Assembly: GCA_965200155.1 (NCBI GenBank)
Contig: CBDATR010000010.1
Span: 64,001-128,000 of the forward strand
DNA: 64,000 nt
DNA from: Nitrosopumilaceae archaeon
Lineage (GTDB): Archaea > Thermoproteota > Nitrososphaeria > Nitrososphaerales > Nitrosopumilaceae
Direction: 5' to 3'
The notes beneath the pieces were generated by a model. It made no database searches, was not told the DNA's origin, and saw only the letters and a program-made list of their open reading frames with translations. How positions within the stretch are numbered: the stretch's first letter is position 1; every line of letters begins with the position of its first letter. The position numbers and the translations under genes are program-made. This document shows positions 61,928 through 64,000 of this stretch, piece by piece.

Positions 61928-62072
61928 AATTTATCACTTCAAAAACATAGACAGATACTATCCATTAAACAATCTGGCATTAATTTACCGCAGCCCAATT
62001 TCCTCTAGAAAATGCGTGGGTTTCTGCCATAGTGCTAAAAATAATTAATTTATCACTTCAAAAACATAGACA
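61928..62072. repeat. Exact 26-bp direct repeat separated by 93 bp
   Basis: AATTTATCACTTCAAAAACATAGACA at 61928-61953 and 62047-62072. Confidence 0.85.
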
Positions 62073-62151
62073 TACAAAACTGCTTCACAATCCTTCAGGA
62101 GACGGGCACAATTTGCAACAGATTATTTAGTCTGTTAATTTTATCCATAAT

Positions 62152-62505
62152 ATGGCGGATATTAAATTTGATCTCGAATCTCTTAGCATACGACATGACT
62201 CTCCTGCAAGAGGGCGAATATCTGTATCGTATCCTGGCAGATATGATGGAGTAGTAATAAACACCCAAGTACTAGATTCTAACCATCATGTAACGTACAC
62301 GTCATCCAACGGCAAGCCTCTCTCAAACGTCCTGGCCAGACTCTTCATACCGCGTAGCGAGATGTCTGATAACCAGGCCGTGTTCACCGCTCAGATGAAC
62401 TTTAAGCCGGATCGTGATTATGAGATAAAATTTCGTGCATCCATCATAGAACAACACAAAGAGATAGAGAGTGTTGTGGTATTTGCGTCGTATTCGACCG
62501 CATAA
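62152..62505 (+). CDS. Hypothetical protein (beta-rich, likely conserved in Nitrososphaerota)
   Basis: 117-aa ORF with AT-rich promoter-like upstream region. Confidence 0.7.
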   Translation: MADIKFDLESLSIRHDSPARGRISVSYPGRYDGVVINTQVLDSNHHVTYTSSNGKPLSNVLARLFIPRSEMSDNQAVFTAQMNFKPDRDYEIKFRASIIEQHKEIESVVVFASYSTA

Positions 62506-62655
62506 ATGTGTGGACATTGCTGTTCTACTACATGTTTGAAATTACCTACTCAAGGTTCATTGGATGCAATTCTATTGTCAATACGTACCAAGTTGACCCG
62601 TACAGATTTTGGTAAATTGCGCGTCTGTTCAAGATTTGCGATACAAGTTTGCCTT

Positions 62656-62912
62656 GTAACCGTTTAGGTCACCCCTGGGCAACTGTTCAAAACACACCGC
62701 TAACATGTCCATTCTTGCCTTTTCTATCATGTTGCCTCACACATGCCTATGAATTTACCATCTAGGTGTTGGTATGAGTTCACGTCTTCCGGAATCTTAT
62801 ACACAAATCACATTAACGGTCGCGATCAGTTATGCGTAAATTTAGACACAGGTGAACTCATACAGGTGTTGATCTTTAACGCGACCTAAACGGTTCTCAT
62901 ACAAACGGTTAC
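62656..62912 (+). mobile_element. MITE-B copy 3 carrying MITE-A and a MITE-A footprint
   Basis: TIR GTAACCGTTTAGGTC; 8-bp TSD TTTGCCTT. Confidence 0.9.
62772..62863 (+). mobile_element. MITE-A copy 11 (92 bp), nested in MITE-B
   Basis: Perfect TIRs; TSD AGGTGTTG. Confidence 0.93.
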
Positions 62913-63101
62913 TTTGCCTTGTCTATGCACATGACCGCGGTAATGAGCCATGACCTGCGTTGTTGGACGCATTATCGTATCATTCCAATACCGCGTAAGT
63001 AAAAACATCCGGTTGTTAATGTTATAACAAACTTGGTTGTCCCAAATAACTGCATGAGTTCACGTCTTAATCACACACATGATTCATTTCCAGTAGTGGC
63101 A

Positions 63102-63569
63102 CTAGAAGCGTTGCTTGGTAATTACAATCTCTCCTGTCATCCAGGGATGGGGTATACAGAAGTATTTCAGATCCATTTCTTCTGTGAACAGAAACTCATA
63201 CGTCTCGCCTGGCATTATTATTCCGTCGCTACCAAAGGCACCACTGTACGAGTCCTCGGTGGCATGGTCCGGCGTTACTGTGTGACCTGTTTCGTCGTCA
63301 TTCGACCAGATCACGTGATTATCTATCCCCAGTTGTAGATTGAGCAGTTTGGGGACAAAGTTATTCTCTTGTGCCGGATCCAATGCGCCGGGTATCATGC
63401 TTACCTCAGTCTGTCCTTCCGGGTGCAGTATGTGCTCATCCACGCTGGGTTTGAGTAGGCTCTCCGGTAGGTAGAATACTTGGTAAAATACAATACTTGC
63501 CGCGACTGCTACTATGACTGTCATGACCCCTATTCCATAAGCTGGTGATGTGGTAGCAGTTTGGCTCAC
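63102..63569 (-). CDS. Membrane-anchored blue copper (cupredoxin/plastocyanin-like) protein
   Basis: N-terminal TM helix; WSNDD..GHTVT and YFCIPHPWMTG type-1 Cu ligands. Confidence 0.92.
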   Translation of the reverse strand: MSQTATTSPAYGIGVMTVIVAVAASIVFYQVFYLPESLLKPSVDEHILHPEGQTEVSMIPGALDPAQENNFVPKLLNLQLGIDNHVIWSNDDETGHTVTPDHATEDSYSGAFGSDGIIMPGETYEFLFTEEMDLKYFCIPHPWMTGEIVITKQRF

Positions 63570-63627
63570 AAATACGAATCACTAATTGATATAATATAAT
63601 TTTTGTCGGTACCCGAGTGGTCAATAG

Positions 63628-64000
63628 TGTAATGTATGAAAAGTCGGTCCGCTAGTCATTGGCATCCCGCTCCATCCATTTTGCATCATTTGCCCTATTG
63701 TCTGGGTCGCCTTTTTATTCCTGAAGCGGCGTTTCGCCGTTATCTATCCAGTGAGAAGTGCAATCTTCTCTCATTGTAGTAGTCTACATAATCCCGGAGA
63801 CTGTCATGATGTCATATCTCATCCTCAATCATTCCATGGAAGCGCTCCAGTTTGCCATTTGTCTGCGGGGGGTATGGTCTGGAATTGATTAGTATGACGT
63901 CTTGATCCAGCAGTTCTTCCTAGAATAGTGGGTTTCCAGTTCTTTTTGCCCTTTTATTGTCCTACGAAACACGCGCCGTTATCCGAGATGCAGGGGCGCC
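63628..64000 (-). pseudogene. IS481-family element, right end (runs off window)
   Basis: End TGTAATGTATGAAAAGT; homologous to 43992-44390 with integrase-core fragments. Confidence 0.8.

Overview
This is an archaeal chromosome segment from an ammonia-oxidising archaeon (Nitrososphaerota, Nitrosopumilaceae-like; inferred from gene content and order, and the heavy IS/MITE load would fit a host-associated lineage). Housekeeping content includes a complex I operon (nuoABCDHIJKMLN, no nuoEFG), grpE-dnaK-dnaJ, rps6e, aIF2 gamma and alpha, Nop10, bacterial-type MetK, an Sm protein, cobalamin genes (cbiD, cbtAB, cobO, cbiT/L/F), tRNA-Gly(GCC), a TFB paralog, pelota, AglB, ESCRT-III, GlyRS, endonuclease IV, GatDE, Cdc48 and a cupredoxin. 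Intergenic space is crowded with nested mobile DNA: 11 full copies of a 92/99-bp MITE (TIR GTATGAGTTCAC, 8-bp TSDs), a second MITE family (TIR GTAACCGTTTAGG, 8-9-bp TSDs), two IS5-family groups, IS481 and TnpB remnants, and an HsdR_N nuclease island. The most unusual signal is two unrelated sites (19012-19120 and 34910-35125) where a dyad-symmetric 36-bp stretch of pre-existing mobile-element DNA is exactly duplicated around a foreign 37-bp insert. That is the geometry of CRISPR spacer integration, yet no array or cas gene is present in the window, so these are candidate natural off-target Cas1-Cas2 integrations ('neo-CRISPR' units). All calls are by eye; no database searches were run.
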